Part shown: positions 1 through 7,246 of the stretch, in pieces
Layout: every line of letters starts with the position of its first letter
Numbering within the stretch: position 1 is the stretch's first letter
Assembly: GCA_037142195.1 (NCBI GenBank)
Contig: JBAXBA010000072.1
Span: 1-18,541 of the forward strand
Length of the DNA stretch: 18,541 bases
Direction: 5' to 3'
Origin: Pseudomonadota bacterium
Lineage (GTDB): Bacteria; Bdellovibrionota_B; Oligoflexia; Oligoflexales; CAIMVM01
Made by a program: the position numbers and the translations under genes
The notes under the pieces: model-generated
Seen by the model: only the letters and a program-made list of their open reading frames with translations
Databases searched by the model: none
What the model was told of the DNA's origin: nothing

Positions 1-139
1 GGGCCTTTGGCGCGCGAAATATATGGAAGCGCTTAAATTTTCGCGGGAATGTGGGATTTCTCACTCTAAGTCAACACTTAGACTCCATTTTGAATGGTGG
101 CTCATTTTTTAAAAACAAACCTCAGAAGGCCGGGCCTTG

Positions 140-1090
140 TTATTTTTGGCGGATAGGTGAGGCGTAACTCGGGCTCCAATTCATTTGATCCGGCTCAGAA
201 TCAGGATCTAAATGGACGATAACATCCACCGATGGAAACGTATTTTTAAGTTCTCTGATTACAGAGTCACCAATTTCATGGGCTTCTTCAAGTGGCATAG
301 TGGCATCAAGCTTCATATGAAAATCCACAAAAAGGTGGGGCCCAAGTCTACGACTGCGAAGTTGATGGATGCCTTCAATTTTCGGATTCGTCTGGAAAAC
401 AATATCTACAATCGCCTGCTGCTCTGAAGTACTTACCTGCTGATGCATAATATCTTGATAACATTTTTTTAAAATCGGAACGGCAGCAAAGATGGTTAAT
501 GCTCCCGCAACTGAGCCCAGAACTTGATCGATCCAATGAAGTCCCGTATAGGACATGACCAATAGGCCTACTGCTGAAAGAAGATTGGTGAAAAAATCCG
601 TCGCATAGTGGGCTCTATCGGAGTTAAGGGCCAAAGAGCGGGTATTTTCTTTAGCATTTTGCTTTTCAGCTCTCCCTAAAATACTAGAAATCAATGCGCC
701 AGCAATAGCGCTAAAAAACAATATCCCGGCAGCAATCTTAAATTCTGTGGGATGAAGAAGGCTTCCTTCGCCACTTCGACGACGAATCGCTTCAATAATT
801 AAATTTATCCCAAGAGTAGCAAGTAAAACACCTTGAATCAAAGCTCCTATGACTTCAAATCCACCATGTCCAAAGGGATGCTGGCTATCAGGCTCCTCTT
901 GGGACAAGGAATTCACTTTTCGATTGATGAGGGATACTGCCGTGTCGCCCAGCGAGTCAAATGCACTTCCAAGGGCTACTAACGAACCTGATATCCAAAA
1001 AGCAATAAACTTTATGAGAAACAGCCCTGAAGAGCTCACTGCAGCCCATAACAAAGCTTTTTGAGAATGATGATTTTGTGGTGTTGACAT
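140..1090 (-). CDS. Cation diffusion facilitator (CDF) transporter, FieF/YiiP-like
   Basis: About six hydrophobic segments; TM2 DSLGD and TM5 HYATD (DD-HD metal site as in YiiP/FieF); signature HPFGHG; C-terminal domain IHQLRSRRLG..VDFH..EAHEI..VIVHLDP. Its ATG overlaps the ubiX stop (TAATG). Confidence 0.93.
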   Translation of the reverse strand: MSTPQNHHSQKALLWAAVSSSGLFLIKFIAFWISGSLVALGSAFDSLGDTAVSLINRKVNSLSQEEPDSQHPFGHGGFEVIGALIQGVLLATLGINLIIEAIRRRSGEGSLLHPTEFKIAAGILFFSAIAGALISSILGRAEKQNAKENTRSLALNSDRAHYATDFFTNLLSAVGLLVMSYTGLHWIDQVLGSVAGALTIFAAVPILKKCYQDIMHQQVSTSEQQAIVDIVFQTNPKIEGIHQLRSRRLGPHLFVDFHMKLDATMPLEEAHEIGDSVIRELKNTFPSVDVIVHLDPDSEPDQMNWSPSYASPIRQK

Positions 1091-1686
1091 TAAATCATCC
1101 TCGCGTTCCAGCGCTTGTAGAGCTCATGGTCGACACCGATCAACTCAAGCAACCGTCCCACCATAAAATCAGCAAGCTCGTCAATCGACTCTGGCTTGTG
1201 ATAGAATCCTGGCATCAAAGGGGCTACTATAGCTCCTGCTTCGGAAAGTTTGAGCATATTTTGCAAATGTATCGTATGTAGGGGAGTTTCTCGCAAACCG
1301 AGTATAAGAGGTCTACGCTGTTTCAGGCAAACATCGGCTGCTCGTTCCAAAAGGTTGGACGAAATACTATTAGCAATCCTAGACATGGACCCCACCGAAC
1401 ATGGGGCGATGATCATGGCATCTGGTACGGAAGAACCACTAGCAATGGGTGCAAAATAGTCATTGCTTTTAAAAAGCCGTAAAACTCCTTTTTCCTCGGA
1501 ATTTAACTGTCCGTTCAAACTTCGAAGTAGGATGCTTTCTTTGTCTGAAATTTCATGGGCTAGAACTTTTTCAGCCGTTGGAGTCAGTGTCAGATAAACG
1601 CGATCGACATTTTTAACTAGAAACGAAACAAGCCTATCTGCATAGATGGCGCCAGAAGCTCCTGTAATCCCCACTGAAATGCGCAC
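1090..1686 (-). CDS. ubiX: Flavin prenyltransferase UbiX (MqnM-like)
   Basis: Motifs GITGASGAIY, APIASGS, IAPCS, NLLERAADVCLKQRRPL, RETPL..IHLQNM, PGFYHKP; GTG start. Confidence 0.95.
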   Translation of the reverse strand: MRISVGITGASGAIYADRLVSFLVKNVDRVYLTLTPTAEKVLAHEISDKESILLRSLNGQLNSEEKGVLRLFKSNDYFAPIASGSSVPDAMIIAPCSVGSMSRIANSISSNLLERAADVCLKQRRPLILGLRETPLHTIHLQNMLKLSEAGAIVAPLMPGFYHKPESIDELADFMVGRLLELIGVDHELYKRWNARMI

Positions 1687-1687
1687 C

Positions 1688-2560
1688 TTAGACTCCGTAC
1701 ATCCATAGATCTAAAATTACAGACAAAATAAACACGATACTTACAGCTGCATTGGCATTAAAAAAAGCTTTGCCCATACCGGGAGACCTTCCTAGTTCGT
1801 CCAAATCCCTTATAAGCCAATGCTCATAGACCAATATAGCAGCCATAAGAGCCACGCCCAACCTAAAGATGACCGAAAGACCCAACAGAGTTCCGGAATA
1901 TAGAAAGATGATCATGGCAGCAAGAAAACAGGCGCGACTAACCCAAACCGTTGAACTCACTCCAAACCGCACTGGGAAACTGTAAAGTCCTTCCTCTCGA
2001 TCAAAACTGAGATCTTGCAAGGAATAGAGAAGGTCAAAGCCGGCAACCCAGAATAGGATACCTAGCCCTAGCAAAATAATACCCAAAGACGGCGTTACAC
2101 CTAAGGCGACATTTACAGCGATGGGACTTAACCCCAAACAAAATCCTAAGTAGAAATGTGACGCCCAAGTAAATCTTTTAAAAAAGCTATAGAAATAGAG
2201 AACAAGAAGGAGAAGGGGCGATAGGAGGCCCGTTTGACGGCTCAGTAGAAACGACACGCCCACAAAAAAAATCCCAAACCCTAATGTGAGTTTAAGAGCG
2301 TCCTTAGATTTTAAACGACCTGAAGGAATCGCCCTGTTGGCAGTTCTCTTGTTTTTACTGTCGTAAACCGCATCGAGATACCGATTCGCACCCATGGCAG
2401 AACTGCGCCCCGAAACCATCGCTAAAAGAATATAAAAACACTGCATCAAACTTGGGACTTTAAGGGGGGCAAGTAAAAGCCCTGCAGCCGCAAACGGCAA
2501 TGCAAAAACCGAATGAGAAATCTTAATATCTGCAAGAAAATATTTTAATCTGTTCTTCAC
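1688..2560 (-). CDS. ubiA: UbiA-like polyprenyltransferase (MqnP-type, futalosine menaquinone pathway)
   Basis: IKISHSVFALPFA N-terminus, RSSAMGANRYLDAVYD..N.RT..R.IPSG first Asp-rich motif, WVAGFDLLYSLQDLSFD second motif and AFF.AN C-terminus typical of the MqnP clade; adjacent to ubiX. GTG start overlaps the upstream stop (GTGA). Confidence 0.9.
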   Translation of the reverse strand: MKNRLKYFLADIKISHSVFALPFAAAGLLLAPLKVPSLMQCFYILLAMVSGRSSAMGANRYLDAVYDSKNKRTANRAIPSGRLKSKDALKLTLGFGIFFVGVSFLLSRQTGLLSPLLLLVLYFYSFFKRFTWASHFYLGFCLGLSPIAVNVALGVTPSLGIILLGLGILFWVAGFDLLYSLQDLSFDREEGLYSFPVRFGVSSTVWVSRACFLAAMIIFLYSGTLLGLSVIFRLGVALMAAILVYEHWLIRDLDELGRSPGMGKAFFNANAAVSIVFILSVILDLWMYGV

Positions 2561-3543
2561 TTAAGTCCCTTCTGACAAAGATACCAACTCTTATCAGCTT
2601 CCACGACAAATCGAAAGCCCCCTTGGGGATCATTTAGGATCGACTTAACCCACCATTGGGCCGGCAAAACTCCCATGTCCTCTAAAAGAAAACCAGGAGC
2701 CCCTAACCTTTGGACTCGACTTTCCCCGTCCACCCAGCGCTGGATAAAGAAATCCGGCCCCGCGGGAATTCCCAGCAAATAGCCAATATCCCAAGTTTTT
2801 TTTTCTGCCCCTCGCCTTATGCTGGGCTTTTCTTGAAGCTCCCCGGAAGCCACCTCATAGACCGTAACCTGCCCCATGGACCTCACAAGATAGGATTCTT
2901 GGCTTGCCACCTGCCTAGACTCGATACCCACAGAATCGGCTATAAATGCTCTAAAGGCGCTGCCCTCCTTAGCCACAAAATGGACCCCTTGACCGAAATA
3001 CCGCCAAGTGATCACACCCAGCACCTTCTTTTCAAGCTCAAAGGAACCCCTGGTGCTTCTCAACCAAACAGAAACTTCTCTTCCATCGACCACTACAAAT
3101 CGATTCCTTGAAATAGAAACGACTTCAGGTAAAATCTCAAAATGAGTGTTAAGAATCGGAAATTTCTGATGATCTCTAATGTGAAAGATACCTGTAAGAT
3201 TAGCTTCGACAAATTCCTTTTTAGTCAGAAATCCTAAAGAACTTTTTTGAGTGGAGTAGATCCATTCCGACTCTTTTTCTAAACCATTGTAGCGACCGAT
3301 TTTTGACTCTAGGACTCCCGTTCTTGTGAGATGTCTTACCAATATAAACTCCTCGCTACCATCTTGCACAAAATGCAAATTTTTTATGTACAGACTTTGT
3401 TTATCTGTAAAAGGGACTATTTTTGTACACAGCATTCTCGGTTGTCCATCAAGTTCTGACCAATTAGAGATCATGGTCGGCCCATGGGTACACCCGGCAA
3501 CTCCGAATAAGACTAAGAAAATCTTCAAATATTGAAAAAACAT
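2557..3543 (-). CDS. Hypothetical lipoprotein, beta-rich
   Basis: 328-aa ORF, hydrophobic N-terminus with lipobox-like GVAG-C, GAGGA RBS upstream, coupled to ubiA by a GTGA overlap. Confidence 0.75.
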   Translation of the reverse strand: MFFQYLKIFLVLFGVAGCTHGPTMISNWSELDGQPRMLCTKIVPFTDKQSLYIKNLHFVQDGSEEFILVRHLTRTGVLESKIGRYNGLEKESEWIYSTQKSSLGFLTKKEFVEANLTGIFHIRDHQKFPILNTHFEILPEVVSISRNRFVVVDGREVSVWLRSTRGSFELEKKVLGVITWRYFGQGVHFVAKEGSAFRAFIADSVGIESRQVASQESYLVRSMGQVTVYEVASGELQEKPSIRRGAEKKTWDIGYLLGIPAGPDFFIQRWVDGESRVQRLGAPGFLLEDMGVLPAQWWVKSILNDPQGGFRFVVEADKSWYLCQKGLK

Positions 3544-3556
3544 AAAATTGACGTCC

Positions 3557-3583
3557 TCAAGGGCCCTTCCTCAAAGTCGATAA
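3557..3583 (+). promoter_or_regulatory. Putative sigma28/FliA-type promoter (TCAAG-N14-GTCGATAA)
   Basis: TCAA-N15-GTCGATAA versus consensus TAAA-N15-GCCGATAA, about 20 nt upstream of the ATG at 3603 and its RBS (AAGGGGA). Confidence 0.6.
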
Positions 3584-3602
3584 CCTTAAAGAAGGGGACA
3601 TT

Positions 3603-3935
3603 ATGAAAACTATAACTATTGCATTATTTATTCTATTTAGCCAAGTTGGATGTCAAACCTTTTCGGGCAGTAACATGGCAGGGGGCAGTGCCACCAATGT
3701 GATGTTGCCCTTTATAAAGAACTCCCCGAATGAATGTTATTTTCTAGATGAATTTATGCCAACTCCCGACAACCTGGTCACTGGAAGATCTGGACACCTC
3801 AATTTAAGATACTATACGTTTCACAATGCGAGCTTTAAGGATTGGAGTAAGCGTCAGATAACATTGTCTTTTTATTCGGTAGATGAAAAGTGTTGGTCCC
3901 TATTTGAAGAGTACTATACGGGCGATTTACGCTAG
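3603..3935 (+). CDS. Hypothetical small lipoprotein
   Basis: 110 aa; MKT + hydrophobic stretch + lipobox-like QVG-C; good RBS. Confidence 0.75.
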   Translation: MKTITIALFILFSQVGCQTFSGSNMAGGSATNVMLPFIKNSPNECYFLDEFMPTPDNLVTGRSGHLNLRYYTFHNASFKDWSKRQITLSFYSVDEKCWSLFEEYYTGDLR

Positions 3936-3938
3936 ATA

Positions 3939-3947
3939 TGTTATAAT
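3939..3947 (+). promoter_or_regulatory. Extended -10 sigma70 promoter element (TGtTATAAT)
   Basis: Perfect TGn-TATAAT about 30 nt upstream of the TPR lipoprotein start. Confidence 0.5.
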
Positions 3948-3976
3948 CAGCACAAACCTTTTTAAAGGATGTGCTT

Positions 3977-4906
3977 ATGCGCAGCATAATATGTTTTGTG
4001 ATGTTTCTTTCAGTGGCATGCACCACTACTCAAAAAGGAAATCCTTCATTTAAACTCGGAAATGAATATGCTCGCGATGGCCTCTATCGTGAAGCCTTAA
4101 GTTCCTATCGAACGGCCCAGAAACAGGAACCAGACAATCCGGCTATAGTTAGAAATATTGGAATTGTAGAGCTAAAGCTAGGTTTGTACGAAAAGGCCGT
4201 CATCAGTCTCACCAAAAGCCTCTCCTACTTTACTAACAATTTTGAAACAAACTATTATTTAGCGGAAGCATTAAGAGGTAAAAATGATCTCGACAATGCC
4301 ATTTTTCGCTATCAGAGAGCTTTAGAAATCAATCCCAAAGACCTCCAAGCTAAAAAAGGCCTCGCTTGGTGCCTCATGACCATCGACCGCCTTGATTTAG
4401 CAAAATCTCTTCTGGCAGGAAAAGGCTTAGAAAAAGATCCCCAGGCTATTATTCTCAGTGCAAGAATTTTAGTAAAACAAGGCAGAGCAGTAGATGCGTT
4501 AAGCCTGCTTCAATCCATCGAAGGTAAAACATCTGCCTTTGTGGCGCCCTATCTGGCGAGCGCCATCGGTGACGTACAGCTTGCCCTAAAAAATCCGAAA
4601 GAATCTTTAAAGCAACATTTGCTTGCTCTCAAAACAGTTCCACTGATGTTTTCTGCTCTCCTGGGCGCAGCCAACGCGCATTTAGAACTGAAACAAATCG
4701 ATAGAAGCAAAATTCTGGCCGAGCAGGCCTCTCGTGTTCAACCTAATAACCCTGCGCCTTGGCGTACTCTTGCCAATATAGCTAAGGCCTCAGGCAATGC
4801 TAAAGAAGCCGAGCTTGCCCAAATCGAGTTCAAAAAACGCAAGCCCTTAAAGTCAGTAGCAACAAGTAAAGAAAGTGCTGCGACCCCCGAAAAAGCGAAA
4901 TTTTAA
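3977..4906 (+). CDS. Tetratricopeptide-repeat lipoprotein
   Basis: Lipobox LSVA-C; repeated TPR patterns (LGNEY..GLY.EA...Y..A; YYLAEAL....LDNAI..Y.RALEINP). ATG 3977 fits the AAGGA RBS better than GTG 3971. Confidence 0.88.
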   Translation: MRSIICFVMFLSVACTTTQKGNPSFKLGNEYARDGLYREALSSYRTAQKQEPDNPAIVRNIGIVELKLGLYEKAVISLTKSLSYFTNNFETNYYLAEALRGKNDLDNAIFRYQRALEINPKDLQAKKGLAWCLMTIDRLDLAKSLLAGKGLEKDPQAIILSARILVKQGRAVDALSLLQSIEGKTSAFVAPYLASAIGDVQLALKNPKESLKQHLLALKTVPLMFSALLGAANAHLELKQIDRSKILAEQASRVQPNNPAPWRTLANIAKASGNAKEAELAQIEFKKRKPLKSVATSKESAATPEKAKF

Positions 4907-4932
4907 GCGGTATGAGTTGTTTTGACTTTCTT

Positions 4933-5072
4933 ATTTTTCCTGGCGTTTTGCTGCTATATAGCTAAGAATCGGCCACATGCTGGGAACAAACGAAGTCAAA
5001 ATCACCGGCTAACTTAATTAAGTTTGCCGCTTTTTGATTTCGATACAGCTCAAGACATTCCGGGACAAAAAT
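4933..5072 (+). ncRNA. Candidate structured ncRNA or cis-element of unknown family
   Basis: Nested complementarity: TCCTGG(4938-43)/CCGGGA(5060-65), GTTTTG(4945-50)/CAAGAC(5051-56), CTG/CAG, TAT/ATA, then CGAAGTCAAAA(4991-5001)/TTTTGATTTCG(5032-42), CGGC/GCCG and the apical palindrome AACTTAATTAAGTT(5011-24). Three G-U wobbles favour the + strand. Confidence 0.45.
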
Positions 5073-5096
5073 GTTGCTCTCATGTCAAGACTCAAA

Positions 5097-5462
5097 CTAT
5101 AGAATTTTCATCTCTGCTTTTTGATAGCTCAGCATGCTGCGTCTTGCTTCAAAAAGGTTTTTATAGGACTCGTAACGGATTCTGAGCCTTTCTGATTCAG
5201 ACTTTGCTGTAGCAAGTTCCAATAGAAATCGAACATATTCATCATCAGTTTCGGCAAGGCGTTTTAATTTAGCTTCCGTAACGTCACCGGAATCGTGCCG
5301 GATCATAGCTCTTGATTTAATGGTAGGCTTTAGCAACTCAAGGTGTTCTGATTCTTTTCTGGCTTTGGCATATTCCATGCCTACTTTATTAGCCATAAAT
5401 ACGATGTCTTCTAAACTCATCTTTTCTGACGAATGTTTTTGATCTGTACCTTGATCTGACAT
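5097..5462 (-). CDS. Hypothetical helical protein, possibly UvsY-like recombination mediator fold
   Basis: 121 aa from ATG 5462 (GGAG RBS). All-helical/coiled-coil pattern with TEAKLKRLAETDDEY and C-terminal EARRSMLSYQKAEMK. The family call is pattern-based only. Confidence 0.7.
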   Translation of the reverse strand: MSDQGTDQKHSSEKMSLEDIVFMANKVGMEYAKARKESEHLELLKPTIKSRAMIRHDSGDVTEAKLKRLAETDDEYVRFLLELATAKSESERLRIRYESYKNLFEARRSMLSYQKAEMKIL

Positions 5463-5550
5463 ATCCACTCCGAGCGTCAGGAAGTATATCCTAAAACTTG
5501 GAAAAACCATATATATTCTCCGGAACTAACGCAGGGTTAGAGGGAATTTC

Positions 5551-5578
5551 TCAGGTTTCTTTGAAAGTTCTCCGATAG
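5551..5578 (+). promoter_or_regulatory. Putative sigma28/FliA-type promoter (TCAGG-N15-TCCGATAG)
   Basis: CCGATA -10 core with a TCAG(G) -35; spacer one base longer than the canonical consensus; upstream of ORF 5641. Confidence 0.5.
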
Positions 5579-5587
5579 GTGGGTATC

Positions 5588-5616
5588 TTGACCGGGCGGC
5601 CAGTCAAGGGTAAACT
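5588..5616 (+). promoter_or_regulatory. sigma70-type promoter TTGACC-N17-TAAACT overlapped by inverted repeat CTTGAC-N10-GTCAAG
   Basis: -35 at 5588-5593, 17-nt spacer, -10 at 5611-5616; palindrome 5587-5608; GGGAGG RBS before ATG 5641. Confidence 0.65.
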
Positions 5617-5640
5617 CAAGTTATACCTGCGGGAGGATCC

Positions 5641-6231
5641 ATGCACCCAACTAGTAAGTGCATAACGATTAATCCATTAGAGTACTTTAGAGAGCAGATC
5701 TCTGAGGCACAGCAGGTTTCAGGTATCAATTTTCGAGAGAATCTAGAATTCTATATAGTCAATTTGCTTACTGAATATGTTTCCAATCCTGTTTTAGACA
5801 CGCCGTTCGCCTTGGTTTTTAAAGAAGCTTTAGAAGCTGACCAGGAAAAGCAAATGCGGCTGTTTAAAATACTCGGCGACCAAAGCCTTTATGTGGCAGG
5901 CTTCTTTCAGGACTCTTTTAATAGAAAATCTTTCGATATGTCCTATATCATGCAAATGGGCTCTGGAGCTTACGCTTCTTTAGCGGAAATTCATCACAAT
6001 CGACATACAGGCAATAGTGATTTACCTAAACTTTATGAAAGCCTAGCGGCAAACTTCTCCTCTGCGGTAGAGGTTATCGCTTACATATCGGATAGATCTG
6101 GGGGCGAAAATACGACGAATCTTTTGGCCGTCTATGACCGCTGGACCAAAGCCCCGTCGGATCGCCTGCTTAAAAAACTTCTGGCAAATGGAATCGATCC
6201 GATTATAACCAATACCAAAATAGCAAACTGA
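5641..6231 (+). CDS. Conserved hypothetical protein (helical; LGD.SL..AGFF..S..R motif)
   Basis: 196 aa with strong RBS; YIVNLL and LGDQSLYVAGFFQDSFNRK..D.SY..MG..AY motifs resemble an uncharacterised family I recall from Myxococcota/Bdellovibrionota and some gammaproteobacteria. Confidence 0.85.
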   Translation: MHPTSKCITINPLEYFREQISEAQQVSGINFRENLEFYIVNLLTEYVSNPVLDTPFALVFKEALEADQEKQMRLFKILGDQSLYVAGFFQDSFNRKSFDMSYIMQMGSGAYASLAEIHHNRHTGNSDLPKLYESLAANFSSAVEVIAYISDRSGGENTTNLLAVYDRWTKAPSDRLLKKLLANGIDPIITNTKIAN

Positions 6232-6806
6232 TGCCTTCACTAAGTATCCTCTGTGATCAATTTGAAGAATTCTATTCAGACCTTTTTGAATTCAAGTTAC
6301 CTCTCACTCTGAGCCCTTATGTATCATTTGGAACTCGGGATCAGGTTCTCATAAATACAAGTGGGAACGAAATCGAGTTGTCGGTAACTCTAACTCGCAA
6401 AGTCATAACTGACCTAGAGTCACAATCACCTTTTGAGCAGCTAAATGGATCCAACCTCGGCTCCTTTTTTATATTTGTAGAAGAGCTGTCTCATCTCGTT
6501 CAAATAGCTTGCCTAGCTGATGCTAACAGTGAAGCTACTCTCCTTGGTCTTGAGTCGGTTGGCGAAGTAGATAAACTCGTTGTAAGTGCCGCCTTACTTG
6601 AGCTGCAGACAAAAAAGCCTCATCTCGCCGTTATGAAAACTCTTCTTTTGCATCACTGCACTTTGGAAGGAGATCGCAAATTGTATGAGAAGTCGCCTCG
6701 CGCGATTTTAAACCAACTCTTTGCTGAAAACCGACCTATTCTTCCTGCTTCGAGCTGGAGGCAGAACGTCAAGCGCTATAAAAAAGACTTACTTAAAGCA
6801 TCATAA
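6231..6806 (+). CDS. Hypothetical protein with EELSH ... LE..GEVDK motif
   Basis: 191 aa, translationally coupled to the upstream gene (TGATG). Confidence 0.78.
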   Translation: MPSLSILCDQFEEFYSDLFEFKLPLTLSPYVSFGTRDQVLINTSGNEIELSVTLTRKVITDLESQSPFEQLNGSNLGSFFIFVEELSHLVQIACLADANSEATLLGLESVGEVDKLVVSAALLELQTKKPHLAVMKTLLLHHCTLEGDRKLYEKSPRAILNQLFAENRPILPASSWRQNVKRYKKDLLKAS

Positions 6807-6820
6807 AAGTTTTTGTGACT

Positions 6821-7237
6821 TTAAAATAAAATATAATCACTTTGCGGATCATGCATTTCTAAATAACGGCTAGGAGCATCACCTCCCTTAAAATTTTTGG
6901 ATAACATCCAAACTGGCTTTACACCCTCTGGAATAGGTAGAAAGACCATGACTTGATTAACTTCCAAAACGGGCCCTTCGCCCATCACTTCCGCAGAAAG
7001 TCGCATCTTCGAACCTTTTTGTAGTCCTGCATGGACGTGGTCTGTATGTAAAATGAGGTCTTTACCACCATCGACCGAAGAAAAGGTTACGTCGTAAATA
7101 CCTTTATGACTCTCAATGGATTTAATTAGAAAATCGCCGCCTACTTTAAGGAGAACTGATTGCTGCCCCCATGAAGGAGGTACGGCAATTAGAAATACGA
7201 AAAAAACCACCAGACTAAGCAAATAAGAACGTTTCAT
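6821..7237 (-). CDS. Hypothetical secreted protein
   Basis: 138 aa, N-terminal signal-peptide-like segment (MKR + hydrophobic + PPSWG); AAAGGT RBS; lies 9 nt downstream of hutH. Confidence 0.75.
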   Translation of the reverse strand: MKRSYLLSLVVFFVFLIAVPPSWGQQSVLLKVGGDFLIKSIESHKGIYDVTFSSVDGGKDLILHTDHVHAGLQKGSKMRLSAEVMGEGPVLEVNQVMVFLPIPEGVKPVWMLSKNFKGGDAPSRYLEMHDPQSDYILF

Positions 7238-7246
7238 ACTTTACCT

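Noticed and set aside
5005..5030. c-di-GMP-I riboswitch (GGCAAAC on the minus strand)
   Set aside because: No GAAA tetraloop and no GACGCAAAG/P3 elements; it is just the palindromic hairpin.
4913..5094. Firm 6S RNA call
   Set aside because: The bubble is one-sided and the usual zapA/ygfA context is absent; kept only as a hypothesis.
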